Shown: one piece after another, positions 23,962 through 37,000 of the stretch
How positions within the stretch are numbered: the first letter of the stretch is position 1
Layout: each line of letters begins with the position of its first letter
From: Fimicolochytrium jonesii
Taxonomy: Eukaryota
NCBI RefSeq assembly: GCF_025526975.1
Contig: NW_026515692.1
Coordinates: 62,001-126,000 of the forward strand
Reading direction: 5' to 3'
Length of the DNA stretch: 64,000 bases
The notes under the pieces: model-generated
Databases searched by the model: none
What the model was told of the DNA's origin: nothing
Seen by the model: only the letters and a program-made list of their open reading frames with translations
Made by a program: the position numbers and the translations under genes

Positions 23962-24660
23962 ATGGAGGTGGACAAATCGGGGCGGAGGAGGAAAGAAAGG
24001 GGTAAAGACGACCGTCTCCGAGGCCGGGGCCGGGATGCGATGCGGAGCCCTTCTGTATCGCTCTCACGATCAAGGTCGCGATCCGAGTCTAGGTCTCGCA
24101 AACGCAATCGCGCGCCGTCTCGCTCGCCGGGGCGAGCACCTCTACCTCCCCGGGATACGAGCAGTGCTCCAGCTCCGCCTCGACCAATGCAGCCGCCTTT
24201 GCCCAGAGAGAGCTTCCGAGACGACCCGCCCTCTTGGCGAGACTCGAATCGGGAACGTGGTATGATGACAACATATCCGTCTGAAAGTGCACACCGCACT
24301 TCATACCCACAGCGGGAGAGAACACAGGAGAGGGGGAGGCAGAGGGAGCGGGGGAGGGAGGAGTGGGCGGCGGTGAATGCCGGGCGCTGGCAGCTAGGGC
24401 GCAAACACGTTCGGGATAACGCAGCGGCAAACCCGTGCCGCAATCTTTGGCGCTTGGCGGGGAGGGATGTGGGCTTGGATGGTAGTGCGGCGGCCGTGGA
24501 GCTGTTGGGTTGGGCCGCCCAAAACAGGTGGATAAGGTGCAAAACGCGAGGGAACCCTCACTGCGAGAACAATGAGTGCATTGTATGTTGCCACAATCGT
24601 GGCCTGCGCTGCCCACATCAGGTCCTGGACGAAATCAAACGGAAGAGGCGCCGCAGATGA
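23962..24660 (+). CDS. Hypothetical RS-rich protein with a C-terminal Cys cluster (possibly degenerate)
   Basis: Open frame divergent from SEC61, with an SRSRSRS tract and C-x7-C-x4-C-x2-CC-x6-C-x-H. Confidence 0.4.
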   Translation: MEVDKSGRRRKERGKDDRLRGRGRDAMRSPSVSLSRSRSRSESRSRKRNRAPSRSPGRAPLPPRDTSSAPAPPRPMQPPLPRESFRDDPPSWRDSNRERGMMTTYPSESAHRTSYPQRERTQERGRQRERGREEWAAVNAGRWQLGRKHVRDNAAANPCRNLWRLAGRDVGLDGSAAAVELLGWAAQNRWIRCKTRGNPHCENNECIVCCHNRGLRCPHQVLDEIKRKRRRR

Positions 24661-25013
24661 AAGTGTTTCCGGAGACGCTGCCTCATGCCTACAGGTTGGA
24701 GCAATATCGCAACAGTAGCTACCATACGGGATTGGGGAGCTGATCAGATTCATATCGACGAATCCCACAAAAGACATAGGCACTGCTAGGTACCTTTCAT
24801 TGTTTCCTCCCTGATACTCTGACCGCAACGCCCATCTCACAATGATGTATTTGTAGATCAGCGCTGGACAGCACGGCAGAAGCGGAAGTGCAGAAAGCTA
24901 TCGATCAGGCGGCTGTGGGGAGGACGAAGTGACTATTGCGCATCGGTGTGTGTGGCCGGTGGAGTGGTAGGGGCAGGAATGGGGTTTGAGGGTTAGGGTT
25001 TGAGGAGCTGGAG

Positions 25014-25251
25014 GCTGGATGGGGTGTATGCGGATTTGTGTCGGGAGCAACGTGTATGATGTGGGGGTGGAGGAAGGGGGTTGCAAGGTCTTGGACATCA
25101 TCCGGTGGATGCATATACTGCGCGCAGTTTCCCCTCCTACATGCACTTTCAAAAGCTGAAATAGAATATAGCTTGAAAGCTTGCTGCAAGTTGTGTAAGG
25201 GTGTCCATATTTGAGACTAGAGATTGTAACGGAGGTTATGACGAAGCGGTA
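25014..25251. repeat. Dispersed repeat of about 230 bp, copy 2, flanked by GGGTTAGGG-like motifs
   Basis: Similar to 10664-10890. Confidence 0.9.
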
Positions 25252-25649
25252 GGTTTAGGGTTAAGTTTGGCTCACTGCATATGGCCAGACTCTCGTCGGT
25301 TCCGTGATTCAGCAGATTTGTTATTTGCATAGAGCCCTCGATTCCATGATACATACTGTGGACGAAATGCTGCTTGGGTTGCGGCGATGGGTCTCCTCAC
25401 CCCCGCCTTGCGGCTAGAGCCGTATACTGTTGATCACTCGATGTACGACCGGAGGAGAGAGTGACTGGAACGTTCGTTTTGGAAAGGTAAGCCAATATTT
25501 GAAATTGAAGTCAACACTCTCCGTGACTTACCCGACTCTGTATTACGATAGCAGACTACCATCCTGATGTTGACGTGCGTAGCAGGTTGCCTGAAAGTGC
25601 CTTTTCCGAGCGCACCGTCAATATGCCGCGGCGTCTTCGGATTCCGTTG

Positions 25650-26240
25650 TTGAGCTTGGGTCGGAACTGCCGTCCGTGAGCTCTCCTCCATCTCAATCTG
25701 TTCGCGCATGACGATTACTCGTGCCAAGGTCTCGTATCATACTCGCCCGCAGTCGGGCTGGCGCTCTGGCGGCACTCTCTTCCAGAGTGAGTCAGTGCCC
25801 GGCGCTCTCTTGTGAGTGAGTGCCCGGCTTCAAGCAGCGCGAGTATGATACGAGTATGATGCGAGACCTTTGGCACGCGTAACCTCCCAATGCCCCTCAC
25901 GGCCGCAGCGCCAACATAGTTCGTTGGGAATTCCTCGAGAACGGGCTGGTTGGTCACCAGAGCTGGGGCGATGCGGAGCAGGGCACCTTGAGGCGAAATG
26001 TCCCTGACGGCCGCACTCAAATCGGATGACGGCATGCGTCGGATCTGGTGCGAAGCTGTCGCTGGAGAGGCGAATCAGATCCTCGCTAAGGTTCGCCGTA
26101 ACGTATGACCCTCCACGGACACGGTCAACCCCGTATTGTTCCATATAGCGCAACGTTAGCTCATCTTCCGATATGTCGCATATCGCGCGGGTCTCCAGCA
26201 ACCTGATCGGTCGGTGCAACTGTGTCCAAAGAGATTGCGA
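25650..26240 (-). pseudogene. GIY-YIG-like nuclease C-terminal half plus CCHC zinc knuckles, resembling proteins of large DNA viruses; frameshifted and MITE-interrupted
   Basis: WTQLHRPIRLLE...EDELTLRYMEQYGVDRVRGGSY, then FECGRQGHFASRC and CWRCGREGHWEV|NRHARTD. Confidence 0.7.
25718..25879 (-). mobile_element. MITE with TIRs and TA target-site duplication (Tc1/mariner-like), copy 1
   Basis: TA|CTCGTGCCAAGGTCTCGTATCATACTCG...GAGACCTTTGGCACGCG|TA. Homologous to 49475-49618 in the opposite orientation. Confidence 0.88.
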
Positions 26241-28953
26241 CTGTCAGGGGACAGCTATTAACCGCGGGAAACTCCAAAAGAGCCGTGACTGTGTAACACC
26301 CCTACGCCGCCGGATCACTTCCTAGATTCCTCACGCATCGCCGCGAGCTTTAGAGCTGCCCACTACCCACGGCGGCGGTGCCGTACGCCAGCATCCCACG
26401 AGCGCAAGTAAAACGGGTGTTTGGGGGTGGCAGTGGTGTTAGGTAGCGGTGTTTAAGGGCGTGAGGCCGAATGGGTGGAAGGGACTGGCGACGGTTCTTG
26501 CGGTTGAGGGCGCCGATCGGAGGGGTGATGCGAGGGACGGGTCACATAAACGTCGTCCCGGATCACTCGTGCCCATGGTCGCGCGGTGCTAGCTCCCTGG
26601 GCCCGCCAAATCACCGGACGATGTGCGCGTCATGATCTTCGAATACTGACAAATCAACGTCGTTTACGACTGCATTTTTCAATATGCCCTCCTCCATCTT
26701 GATCAATCCTTGGGTTGCGGTGCCTTGAAGAGCCTCCGATATGGTGTACCATTGGACACCGCTTCGTACAATCCAAGCCATTCCTCAGGCTCCACGAACT
26801 GTTCATACGAGTCAGGAATGTGTCCCGTCACCAAATCCCTGCTTTCATTGTACTGTGAGGGAAAGTGATTGAAGTATGGAGATCAGACCTGCATAATCTC
26901 ATCTTGGAAATCACATGCACTCACATTGTCTTGAGAAGCATGTTGTGGGTCGACGCCGCCTGGTTCACATTTTGATCCTCTAACAGCAGGTACGCTGCCA
27001 CCTTTCTCAACAATTTGGAGACATTCATCCCCCCGACTTGTACCTTTGTCAACAGAAAAATCGTTGGCACGGGGGGCATAAACCTCCAAAAAGATCACAC
27101 CTTTGTCGCACATCATTGGCATGGAGGTAGTTATAGTCGCCATTAAGTGCCTGGTGCAAGCCAAGGAGCTCCTCTACATCTCCGAGTTCTCCGGCGGAAG
27201 GCGCAATCTGCCCTTCCGTAAGACCCGTTTCGCCTGAGTCGACACGGTCCTGCGCGGGACCATTGCTTTCCGAGGCCGCGGTTTCATTCCCGTACAAGTG
27301 GTCTATTTTCCGCTTGCCCTTCAGCGGCTCCGAGCGAGCCCCGCATCATCCCGTGACGAGATCTATCAATCAAACGCCGCATTAGTCACGAAGCCAGAGC
27401 GCATGCAACCCACAGAGGAGTAACCGCTGTCGTTCGTGATAGAGCAGATGTCCCTTACCTGGGCTGATTGCCGTGAGACTAGACGGCGGCGTGTCTTCCC
27501 AGTCGTAGAGGCGGGCGTCCTCTCTCAGGAGATTCCTCGCACGTAAGAGACCAGAACTTAATTCCAACCGACGCATTCGATCGTCGTCCGACGGTTGTCC
27601 TATCCATCCAGAGATAGCGAACCCGGATGAATCGGTGTAAACGTTATGTACCCAGAGTTGCTTTCCAGGCCACCCAAGAGTCCAAAGCCTTCCACATCCC
27701 GACCATCTCGACCAACTGCCCAGGTTCTTGAGTGCCGTCCCATTCGTGCCGTTCGTCAAGAGCCTGAGCGCCTGGCCAAAATGGCCAAAATGGTCTGACC
27801 TTCCCTGCACCGCGCGTCGACTCCGTCCTGCCCCGCAAAAAGTCGACGACCATGGTACCTCAAATCGTGTACCCTATCATGTCGAAGTTCCGTAACCGCC
27901 TGCTCGAACGCATGTTTACCCTATTCCGTAGAAAACGAATAGTAGAGCCAAAGGCGTGTTAGTTGCGGCTTCCATCGGATTCAAGGGGTTTGATAAGCAT
28001 GGGGGGTGAAATTCTCGTCACGAATAAGCGGGACCTGACCCAGAAGTCCTCGGCCTTTGTCTGCAACAAACAAAGGTGATCTAGCTTGGTTTTTACGCCC
28101 CCAGATGGACAAGTACGCAGTCATGGCGCCTTGCCTAGGGGATTCACCAGTAATCGGTCTCTCCCCACTTCTGGATCAGGTGGTTACCCCGCCTCGAGAA
28201 TATTTGGGGATTTCAGTCATCTGAAACTTTTCGCTCAAGGATACAGATGTCTCATATGGATGATTACATGCACAAAAGTGGAAGATACAGATGTAATATC
28301 AGCTGTCTTGCGCTACGCCTAGCTACGCCTACCCTACGCATACACAGCCTTAATAACCTCCTCAAGAACCGGCTGGACCTGTTTCCGCAACGAGCGCACA
28401 TTCCGCTGCTCATACAACCTCGCCCCGGCGTCGATCTGTGTAATGACTGCGAGGTCAAGTGTTGACGCCTCAATCTTCGTCACAAGCTCCGTTTGCTGCT
28501 GTTCCGAGACCGTAGACGTGGGGAAGAGGAGCAGAAGTTCGCGTTTATATCCATGTTCAGCTTGTGCGAGAACGCGTCGATCCAGAAACGCACTCCCTAT
28601 GGGTTGCCTATGGGTCACCGGCGCTCGGCGTCCCTCCCCTAATATTAACGGTGTGGTTGTAGAGGCGGTAGAGTATTTGCCACCGTTCATTCCTGTTCGT
28701 TCTCCTTGGTGTGTATCCATGCTTTCTCAAAGTTTGGCTCACTGCACAAATAATATTACCGTAATAACCACACACAAAGGGAAATAAATACATGGCTACA
28801 CTATGGTACACGGGAAAAAGGGGACAATGCCGTAGTATATGTGCACGTGCAGGATATGCGGGAGGGGGAATCTATACTAATCGTCTACTTTGCGGTGTGT
28901 GATGGTGTAGGGTGGTTGGTTGCTGCTGCTGTATTGAGCAATGGGATTTGATC

Positions 28954-30192
28954 TCAATCCAGATCAACAACCTCTGCGGATGTGTCTTCATCGCCCAGTG
29001 TTTGGTCATGGGGTACGAAGAAGTCAGAGACTCGTAGTTGGCGTACTTTCATGTCCTGAGAGAATCAATGTGTGAGCATCGCAGATTGAAAGGTCGAAAG
29101 GTCATGGAGAAGTGAGGAACCTACACTTGCGTCGAATTCGTGTAAGAGATGTCCGTCTAGTTCACGGATGGCTTCTCTTATTGGCATCATGGCGGCGTTT
29201 CGGCATAATTCTTTGAGGTCGCTGCCTGTGGAACCAACGGCATATTGTCTCAGATTCTCGTGCGTTAAGGGGTTGGGACTAGGACGAGGGAATAGAGCCC
29301 AGAGGCCCAGAGCAAACGCACCTGAGTAACCTGCTGTCCTGTACACAAGCTCCTTGACATCGAATCCCGGCTCCAAATCCGCACCCGCCAGCAATAACGA
29401 CAGCACCCGCGTCCGTTGCTCCGCATCCGGTAACCTAATCTCGAACCGTTTCGGCATCCGCCTCAAAATCGCCTGATCGATATCGGTTGGACGATTCGTA
29501 GCTCCCAGTACCAGCACCCGCATATCCCCAGTGCTTAACCCATCCCACAACGTCATAAACTCTGCCTTCATCATCGCGGTCACTTCGTGGTCCTGGCTCT
29601 TCCTCTCTCTCAGGAACGAGTCGATCTCGTCAATGAAAATGATGCAGGGCTGCAGCTTATGCGCTAGTGAAAAGACGGCGGAGACTAGTTTTTGCGATTC
29701 GCCGAACCATTTCTCCATCAGCGTCGACACATGCAGGTTGATGAAGGTCGCTCCCGACTCCTTGGCGAGCGCTTTCGCCAGCATGGTCTTCCCACAGCCC
29801 GGTGGTCCGTAGAGCAGCACGCCTTTCGGTGCTCCCAGCAGTCCGGAGGCGGAGCTAAACAGCTGCGGATAACACAGGGGGTAGATGACGGACTCCTTGA
29901 GCGATTTGACGATATGGTCCAGCCCGCCGATATCCTTGAACCCGACGGGAATGTCTTCTGGATACACGACCTCCGCCGCGATGATCTCCTCGTGCTCCGT
30001 CAACTTCAGGACCTGCAGACCCAGCCTGCCCAGCACGCGCGTGCTCTTTGCTTTCGCTTCCTCCTTTTTCTTCTTGAAGGGGTCCATCCCTGCCAGCACC
30101 CATTTGACGCCAAAGTATAGGACGACCTGTGAGAGTGCGAATATCGATACGTCTACGAGGACTTTTTTAGAAGTTGGGTTCAGCTTCATCAT
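28954..30192 (-). CDS. MSP1: AAA+ ATPase Msp1/ATAD1 (two short 3' introns)
   Basis: N-terminal TM, DIGGLD, APKGVLLYGPPGCGKTMLAKALAKESGATFIN, IIFIDEIDSFLRER..DHEVTAMMKAEFMTLWDGL, LGATNRPTDID. Confidence 0.95.
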
Positions 30193-31261
30193 TGCGGCGA
30201 GTGTTCGGGCGGGGGAGGATGCGGTGGGTTGTGAGAGTGGTGTGAAGACCATTAAGAGGGGGGGGGTTGTGGTGAGTGAAAAGACTCGTTTTTTTGGCTG
30301 TAGAATCAGGGAGTGAAGTAGCAGGCTGAGGAGGACTATACGACGTTGACTGACTTGTGCTGAAGTGGGAGCTGTCGAGTATATGTATATATAGTGGTTG
30401 CGGTGAGCAACAAGTATCGGAAGTTGGAGGGGGGTATGTTGCGAACAAGAGGGGAACGCGGACAACGCAGGTTGGAGCGAGAGAGGCCCTTAATCTCGCT
30501 TGAAGGCATTAAGGGAAAATAAATAATTATCCTCAAGGGAGGGCGGAAGAACTTGAAGGTTCTCTTTATGCTCATACCTGACGCGAACCAGTGCTACTGG
30601 AAGACCCGGGCTCCGAGAATCAACGCGTTGATTTCAAACTATGAAGTCGGCCGACATCACGATCGAAGGGCCACCAAATACGGATTGACAGGCATGAGCT
30701 GCTTTGGTCACTATGCAGAAAACAGATGCCGCTTCTGCCTACCTGATCTGCAGACCTGATCTGCCCTGGCGACATGGTGTTCATCTCTGATGGAACAGTC
30801 AGGCGGAACAGCACTTTATCTTGCGGTAGTCATCCAAGAAGCGACCAAACGACAGGCGCCGTGCCTATCTGCAATTCACTCACCAGGCCATGTCAAATAT
30901 GGGCAATTGCAAACGAGATGGCCCGTGTCAAGCTGGAAGCTTTAGAGGCTCACAAAAACCTTGGGCGTGGTGGGCGGAAGAAGAAGGAGAAGAAGAAGAA
31001 CGAAGAAGGGAAACATCGGTGGGACACGGAGGAGGAGTTGAAGATGAAGATGAAGATGGAGACGGCGCCTACGACCGAGGCTATGAAGAAGATGAAGGAC
31101 GAAGAGGCATTGACGAAGATGGAGGAACCGGAGAGGGAGGATTTTATTGGAAAGCTAGAGCGCGGGAGAGCGCGGGTCTTATTGGGAGGTACGTGGGTTG
31201 TACGAGCAGTAACGAAATCTTCTTGCCCTCCTTTTGTTTTTTCCAACAAGTCCATCTCAGC

Positions 31262-33375
31262 TCACTTTACAATCACAGTGAATTCCTGAGACCCTCCCTT
31301 GTCGGAAGTGACTTTTACTTTGCGCGGGTTAATGTTGGTCGCTATGCGGACTTGCCAGGCATTCTTTGCGACGACTACCGGGGCAGGTGTTGTATAAGGG
31401 AGGTCGAATTTGGGCGATACGCAAGCATCATCGGAACACGAGGGATACACAGTGAGCTTGGCGCCTTCTTCGGAGCCCGTGCCCGAGATCCGCAACGACG
31501 CCTTCCCGTCGTAAGTGCCGATATCGATGGTAATCTTATCGTTAGGCTGAGGGTCGGAGGTCTTTCTTTCGCTGAACTTGCTGATAAAGCCTCCGGCGTA
31601 CTTGGTCGCCACAGCATAAGTGTAATCGCGTTTGCCAAATCGGCCGAAAACCGTAACCTGTGCCGCCGTGGTCTCGGTACTCAGAGTCTCGAAAGGGTCT
31701 CCAATCGTTGGACCCGTGCTGCCCTCGTATTCCTGAATGAGATACGATTTGGCATTGGCGTCTTTGTTCCAGGAAATCGTAACGATCGCAGCTCCACCCA
31801 CGACTTTCAGACCCGTTGGGACGGGGACGGGAGCAGCGAGGGTGTAAATGAACTGTGCCTTGGTGAACTCGTCGGAGTCGGAAAAGGCGTAGGCGACATT
31901 GAGTTCGACACGCCCGCCGGGGGCGATCGCAGGAGCTGATTGCGCTAGTTCGATAGGACCGGTATATACCTTGGCGGAGGCGCTAAAGATCGGTTTTGGT
32001 GATTCGGTTTCGTAGATCGGTGTGTTCAACGTGTATTTGATGATTCCGGCGTTCGAAGAAGTCAACTTCACAAACTGAGCCGTCTGGCCTGTGGCTGGCT
32101 CGGCGGCGAGCTTCAGGGGGCCGCGAAGAGTGAATAGGTCTGAAGTCCTCGTAGTCGGATTATCAGTCGGCCCGTGCTCAACCACAGCGCGAATCTGGAC
32201 CGACGTGGCGTCGATAATATTTGGTCCCACGACCGTTATCTGAGTTTGTGAGGCGGGAGCAGGGACATAGGCGCCGACAATGTCGCTACGGACCGCCTTG
32301 GAAGCTTTAGGCTGAAGGACCAGAACATCGTAGCCGGCCAGTGGATTTAATCCAGCCGGCATCGTGGGCTCTTTCCAAGAAACCGTGACAACGTTCTTGA
32401 TTGCCGGGGTTTCACCCGTGGTTTCCACGGTAGTCCAGTATTTGCTGGCAGGAGGCGCGAATTCTTGAGGTCCCGGAGGACAACCACCCATGCCAGGTCC
32501 ACCAGTTTCCCCTAATTCATGGATCGTCAGTCCTCGAGGGAGGGCGTCGGGTGTCACATCCAGCCAGCCCATCACGCGAGCTCCTCCTCCTCTGTAAGCA
32601 ATCTGTGCCGCTTCAACGTCATCAAAAGTGAAGGTGGCTACGAATTGATTATTGTCTGCAAGAAAGTATAGGTGGTCGTTTACTTTGTCTTCATTGCGAT
32701 TTTACAGCACTGGGGGATGACTAAAAATCACGTACCCGGGTTAATGACGAGGGTAGAAGTATAGCCGTCGTGGGTTGTAGGTTGGGGAGCCCGAATGTCC
32801 CGTTTTGTTACGAAAGGGCGGAGATCGGGATTTACGATTCGCACTTCGTAACAATCTTTACATTTGTCTTTGTTGAACGGGTCGACGTACCCTTTCAAGG
32901 TAAGGATTTTGCTGCCATCATACACGACGCTGGTTATTTTAGCGTCGAGTGTCCGAACCGAAGCCTCCTTGATGTTGTCGAAATACAGATCGATGATGTC
33001 TCCGCCAACAATATCAGGGGTGACTTTGATGTCGGTCCCTGCTCCCCAACAGTAACCGCCCGGGTGGTTAATGTCGAATGCATTGGCTCCTCCGCTGACA
33101 ACAGCCTTCACGGATGCGACGACTGTGAGGACGGCGTCAGCGGCTAACCCGGAACGGCTAACCATACGGCTAACCCGGACCTCAGCGATTTTGCCTTGCT
33201 GTGCCCAGTAAGCTTCGACTGTCAAGAAATCGCGATCTGGGAAAATCGATATGCCATTCGGGGGCATGGGAAGGCAGTCGCCACCATCCTGGCATGATAG
33301 GGGGGCGGCGATGGCTACAGCCAAGATAGTAGCCCACACGAGCAGAGACTGTACTACTGCCGAGCCAGAAAACAT
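31262..33375 (-). CDS. Secreted protein with fibronectin type III-like and chitobiase/hexosaminidase C-terminal-like repeats; bacterial-like N-terminal domain; intron 32656-32735
   Basis: Signal peptide MFSGSAVVQSLLVWATILAVAIA. Removing the GT..AG intron joins ORFs 32728..33375 and 31262..32575 in frame. Fn3-like VTVSWKEP..GYDV and VTISWNKD..SYLI; IIKYTLNT..VYTGPI. Confidence 0.8.
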
Positions 33376-33619
33376 GGCGGGCGTGCAGATTGTCGTAAAA
33401 TGTGGGCCGTCTCAGGTTTCTGAGAAGAGAGAGCACTGAGATTTCCTCCTCTGCACGACTACTGAACTTCAGTATCGGCGTCAGGAAATCTCTCGGTGTT
33501 TATAAGTCTTTTGGTTGTCCGCGCTGGGAGACGTTTGGATCCATTCCATTCAGTGAGCGGAAAATTCGCGGCTTACCTACTGTAAGGGTCGCGCTGTCGA
33601 TTTTTGTTGCAAACTTCTC

Positions 33620-33977
33620 ATTTTCGATTTTCCGCCGCTTACCTACAAGGAGGCCCATGTCGGATTCGTCTGTAGGGAGGGCAAGATCAATGGGATCCGG
33701 CGGCCCTCCCTGAACAACGATCCCTGAAGGCAGCACTTATACGCCTCTGCCTATATAGCACCCTGCAATCCGTCCCTGAGGGTGCGTATAAATAGAGGAT
33801 TTTCGATTTTCCGCCGCTTACCTACAAGGAGGCCCATGTCGGATTCGTCTGTAGGGAGGGCAAGATCAATGGGATCCGGCGGCCCTCCCTGAACAACGAT
33901 CCCTGAAGGCAGCACTTATACGCCTCTGCCTATATAGCACTCTGCAATCCGTCCCTGAGGGTGCGTATAAATAGAGG
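33620..33977. repeat. 179-bp tandem duplication in the divergent promoter, each unit carrying TATA-like boxes
   Basis: 33620-33798 and 33799-33977 match except for one substitution seen; each contains TATATAG and TATAAATA. Confidence 0.95.
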
Positions 33978-34037
33978 CGGCAACAGCAGTCATGTTTTTT
34001 CGGCATGTATTGCTAACACTGAGGACACTGCTCGGCC

Positions 34038-37000
34038 ATGCGCACATCGCGGCAGAATCTTGTAGGCACACTGCTGCTGGGTTCTCGTGGCGCTTGGGCA
34101 TTGTCTACGGCGGGATGCGGGGGTAGGAATTTCCGTCCAAGATCATTTTGATAGCGGGACTGCCACCCAGGTTTTCGTCGGCTAATGACGTTTGAACAGA
34201 TCCGACTTCCTCCATCGAGGGTGTACTTAGTGATCGGAACGCATGTGTCCCAGGTTCCGGTGTTCAATGCCGTCCCTGGGAAATCAGTAAGTTTTCATAA
34301 GCACCACTGGTATTGGGACCGAGCACTCCGAAAGCTCACACCACATGCTCTCTCTCTAGCCGTCGACGGGAACCGAGATTGCTTGGAGAAATCCACTACA
34401 AATGTCTTCCCCCCGACCGGGGCTGACTGGGTTATCGTCGAGCGTTCTTACGGAGAAAACTGCAAAGGATGTAAGTCACTGTTTAGCCCTTGGAGGTTGA
34501 GTCAGATGAACGCCGGACGATTCTTGACACATTGTGGCATTTGCTAGTTTTACAGGCGGCATGGACAAAGGCCTATAAAGTCGGCGCGCAGGCAAGCGAC
34601 AAATGCGTGTACAGCTGCCCGGCCGGTCATCCTCAACGAACATGCGGTGCAGTTGTCGAAGACTTACTGACTGATTGTGAGCTGGGCCGTACCGACAAAG
34701 ACTTTAGTGAGATATGGTATTGCGCGAGTACAACATGGCCAGGCGCGGGGTATACCTCGGTGGCACCCGGTGGAGCTCCAGCCACGCCCGGTGCGCCAGG
34801 CGAACCTGCTAAACCCGGTGAACCGCCGGTTATTCCGCCTGTGGCCTCACCAACGACAGCGACAACGACAAAGACGAAGACGACACGGGTGCCAACCCCA
34901 GTCCCGACCCGAGATGTGCGAAGTGGGGAGCGCTTCTTCCGTAAGATTGGATGGATGACTGACCACCCGCAGCTACTTTGACCACAACTCATCAACGTTC
35001 CCCATTCGCTTTCTCAGCGCTTATTGCAATAGGAGTGCCACTCGGTAAGAAGGACTTGCATTGCATTCTTATTATTCCTCAAATTCCTCAATCAGCACAT
35101 CGGTAGTGTACAACAACTACGGCGATCACGACCCGAAAGGTCTCATCTTCGCGCACGCGCGCAACAAAGAGCATCTGCTGCAAGTGATCGATGACTATCC
35201 CGACAGGCTGGCGGCGAAGGTGATATGGATCTATCCTCTGAGACCTTCCAAATCGGTTTTCCTGACATTAGCGTCTTACAGAATTTGACGGTCGATCCTG
35301 TTATCACCCCTTTGGTGCTGCGCGCCAGAGTCGGCGAACGTGTCATTATTCAGCTCGAGAATCTCATACCAGACAGATTTGTCGGTATCCATCTGAACGC
35401 CGCAGGATATAACACTTCCAGTGACGGGTCCGCTGTAGGGAAGAACCCTCATTCGCTTGTTGCGCCGAACGGTACGCGAGAGTACGTCTGGGAGCTCGAG
35501 CACGAAGGGCCGTTCTTCTTTCAAGGTACGTCAAGCAGATTGACCTATGGTAGGGCGTAAGGTGTTCACCACTCATGTGTAATACGGAGCAGATGCCGGA
35601 GACCTTAACGGTGGGAAGGAAGGCACCAACTCCCATGGCTTATTCGGAGCCATCATTGTTGAAGAAGCCCACGCCGTGTGGACTGATCCAGAAACTGGGG
35701 CGGAACTCATCGACGGACCTTACGCTGATGTTCACCCACCCAAGCGCGGGTAAGTAATGCATGGCGGCTATGACAATTCCGGAAGCATTCGGCCCCTTAT
35801 TATTGGCACAGGCGGCAGGCGCGAAACAATCTTCCTGGGTGGGGATCAGACCCTCCGAAATACCCGCCGGATGAAGCGTCTTATAGAGAATTCGTCGTAT
35901 TCATTCACGACGAAGTGGAGGCTTATAATCCTGACCTCGAAGAAGGTACGTGAGCATCATCACAGACATAACTCCTCCGAACTAGCCCTAACTGACTCTC
36001 CTAGTGCCAAGCCCTTGCGGAGCCGACGCTCCTAGTGCACAAATGAGCATGAGGAAGCCCGCGAATGCTCCAGAAGTCGAAGTTGGAGGTGCTGCGGATG
36101 CTGCTGCTGCGGAGATGCCGCATGCCGCCGAACAAATTGTTTTAGGTGCCCTTGCCGAGGCAGCCGAGCAAGCAGACAAGGACCTTGAAGGTCTGCCCGG
36201 TTTGCGAGCTGTGGAGATTATGCCTATAAGGTAACTTAGCGAGCTGCGAGTTGTGTGCTCGCTGCGTACGATGCCTTGCTGAAGCCTTTGTTGGTTTAGT
36301 TATCGCTCTGAGCCGATGTTAAACCGCCTTCGAATTATGCATAAGCGTTACAACCGAGGAGAGTACAAGGATGACCCTGATGCGCCCCATGATGAAGAAG
36401 GTAAGGATCGGAGCGGCTTTTGGACAGCTGTTGAGAAGAGGTCGACCGGGACTTAGCGAATCCTGTTCGCACCCATCCCCTTAGTGCACCATAGTTCATG
36501 GATGTTCGGCGACCCGGTTACCCCTATCTTAAGGAACTACATCGGCGATCCGCTACGGATCCACGTGTTCCACGCAGGTGTGAAGGAGACACATGTTTTC
36601 CACTGGCACGTTCACCAGTGGCACGCAAACTACAAGGACCGCACTTCCCCGTTGATTGATGCAATGCTTCTCGGACCGCAAATGGCCTATACCGCTGTTG
36701 GTCTTTACGGTTCCGGGTCTCGACTGCTAAATCCCGGAGATGTCATTTGGCATTGTCATTTGTATCCGCACTTCCACCATGGGATGTGGGGTATCCAAAG
36801 ATCCTATGACACGCTTCAGAATGGAACCATGAAGTATCCCGACGGCACTCAGATCAGGCCGCTCCTCCCTTTGCCGGATCGCGAACGCCCGCCGCTTCCA
36901 ACCGCTGAGAAACCTGGGTTTCCAAACTTCATCGCGGGGAAGATGGGCAAAAAGTCCCCCCGCGTGCCTTGGCCGGAGAGCAAATTCGGCCCTGTGCCCG

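Noticed and set aside
30890..31939. 349-aa + strand ORF with an acidic tract
   Set aside because: Antisense to the Fn3 gene and low-complexity GAA/GAG sequence.
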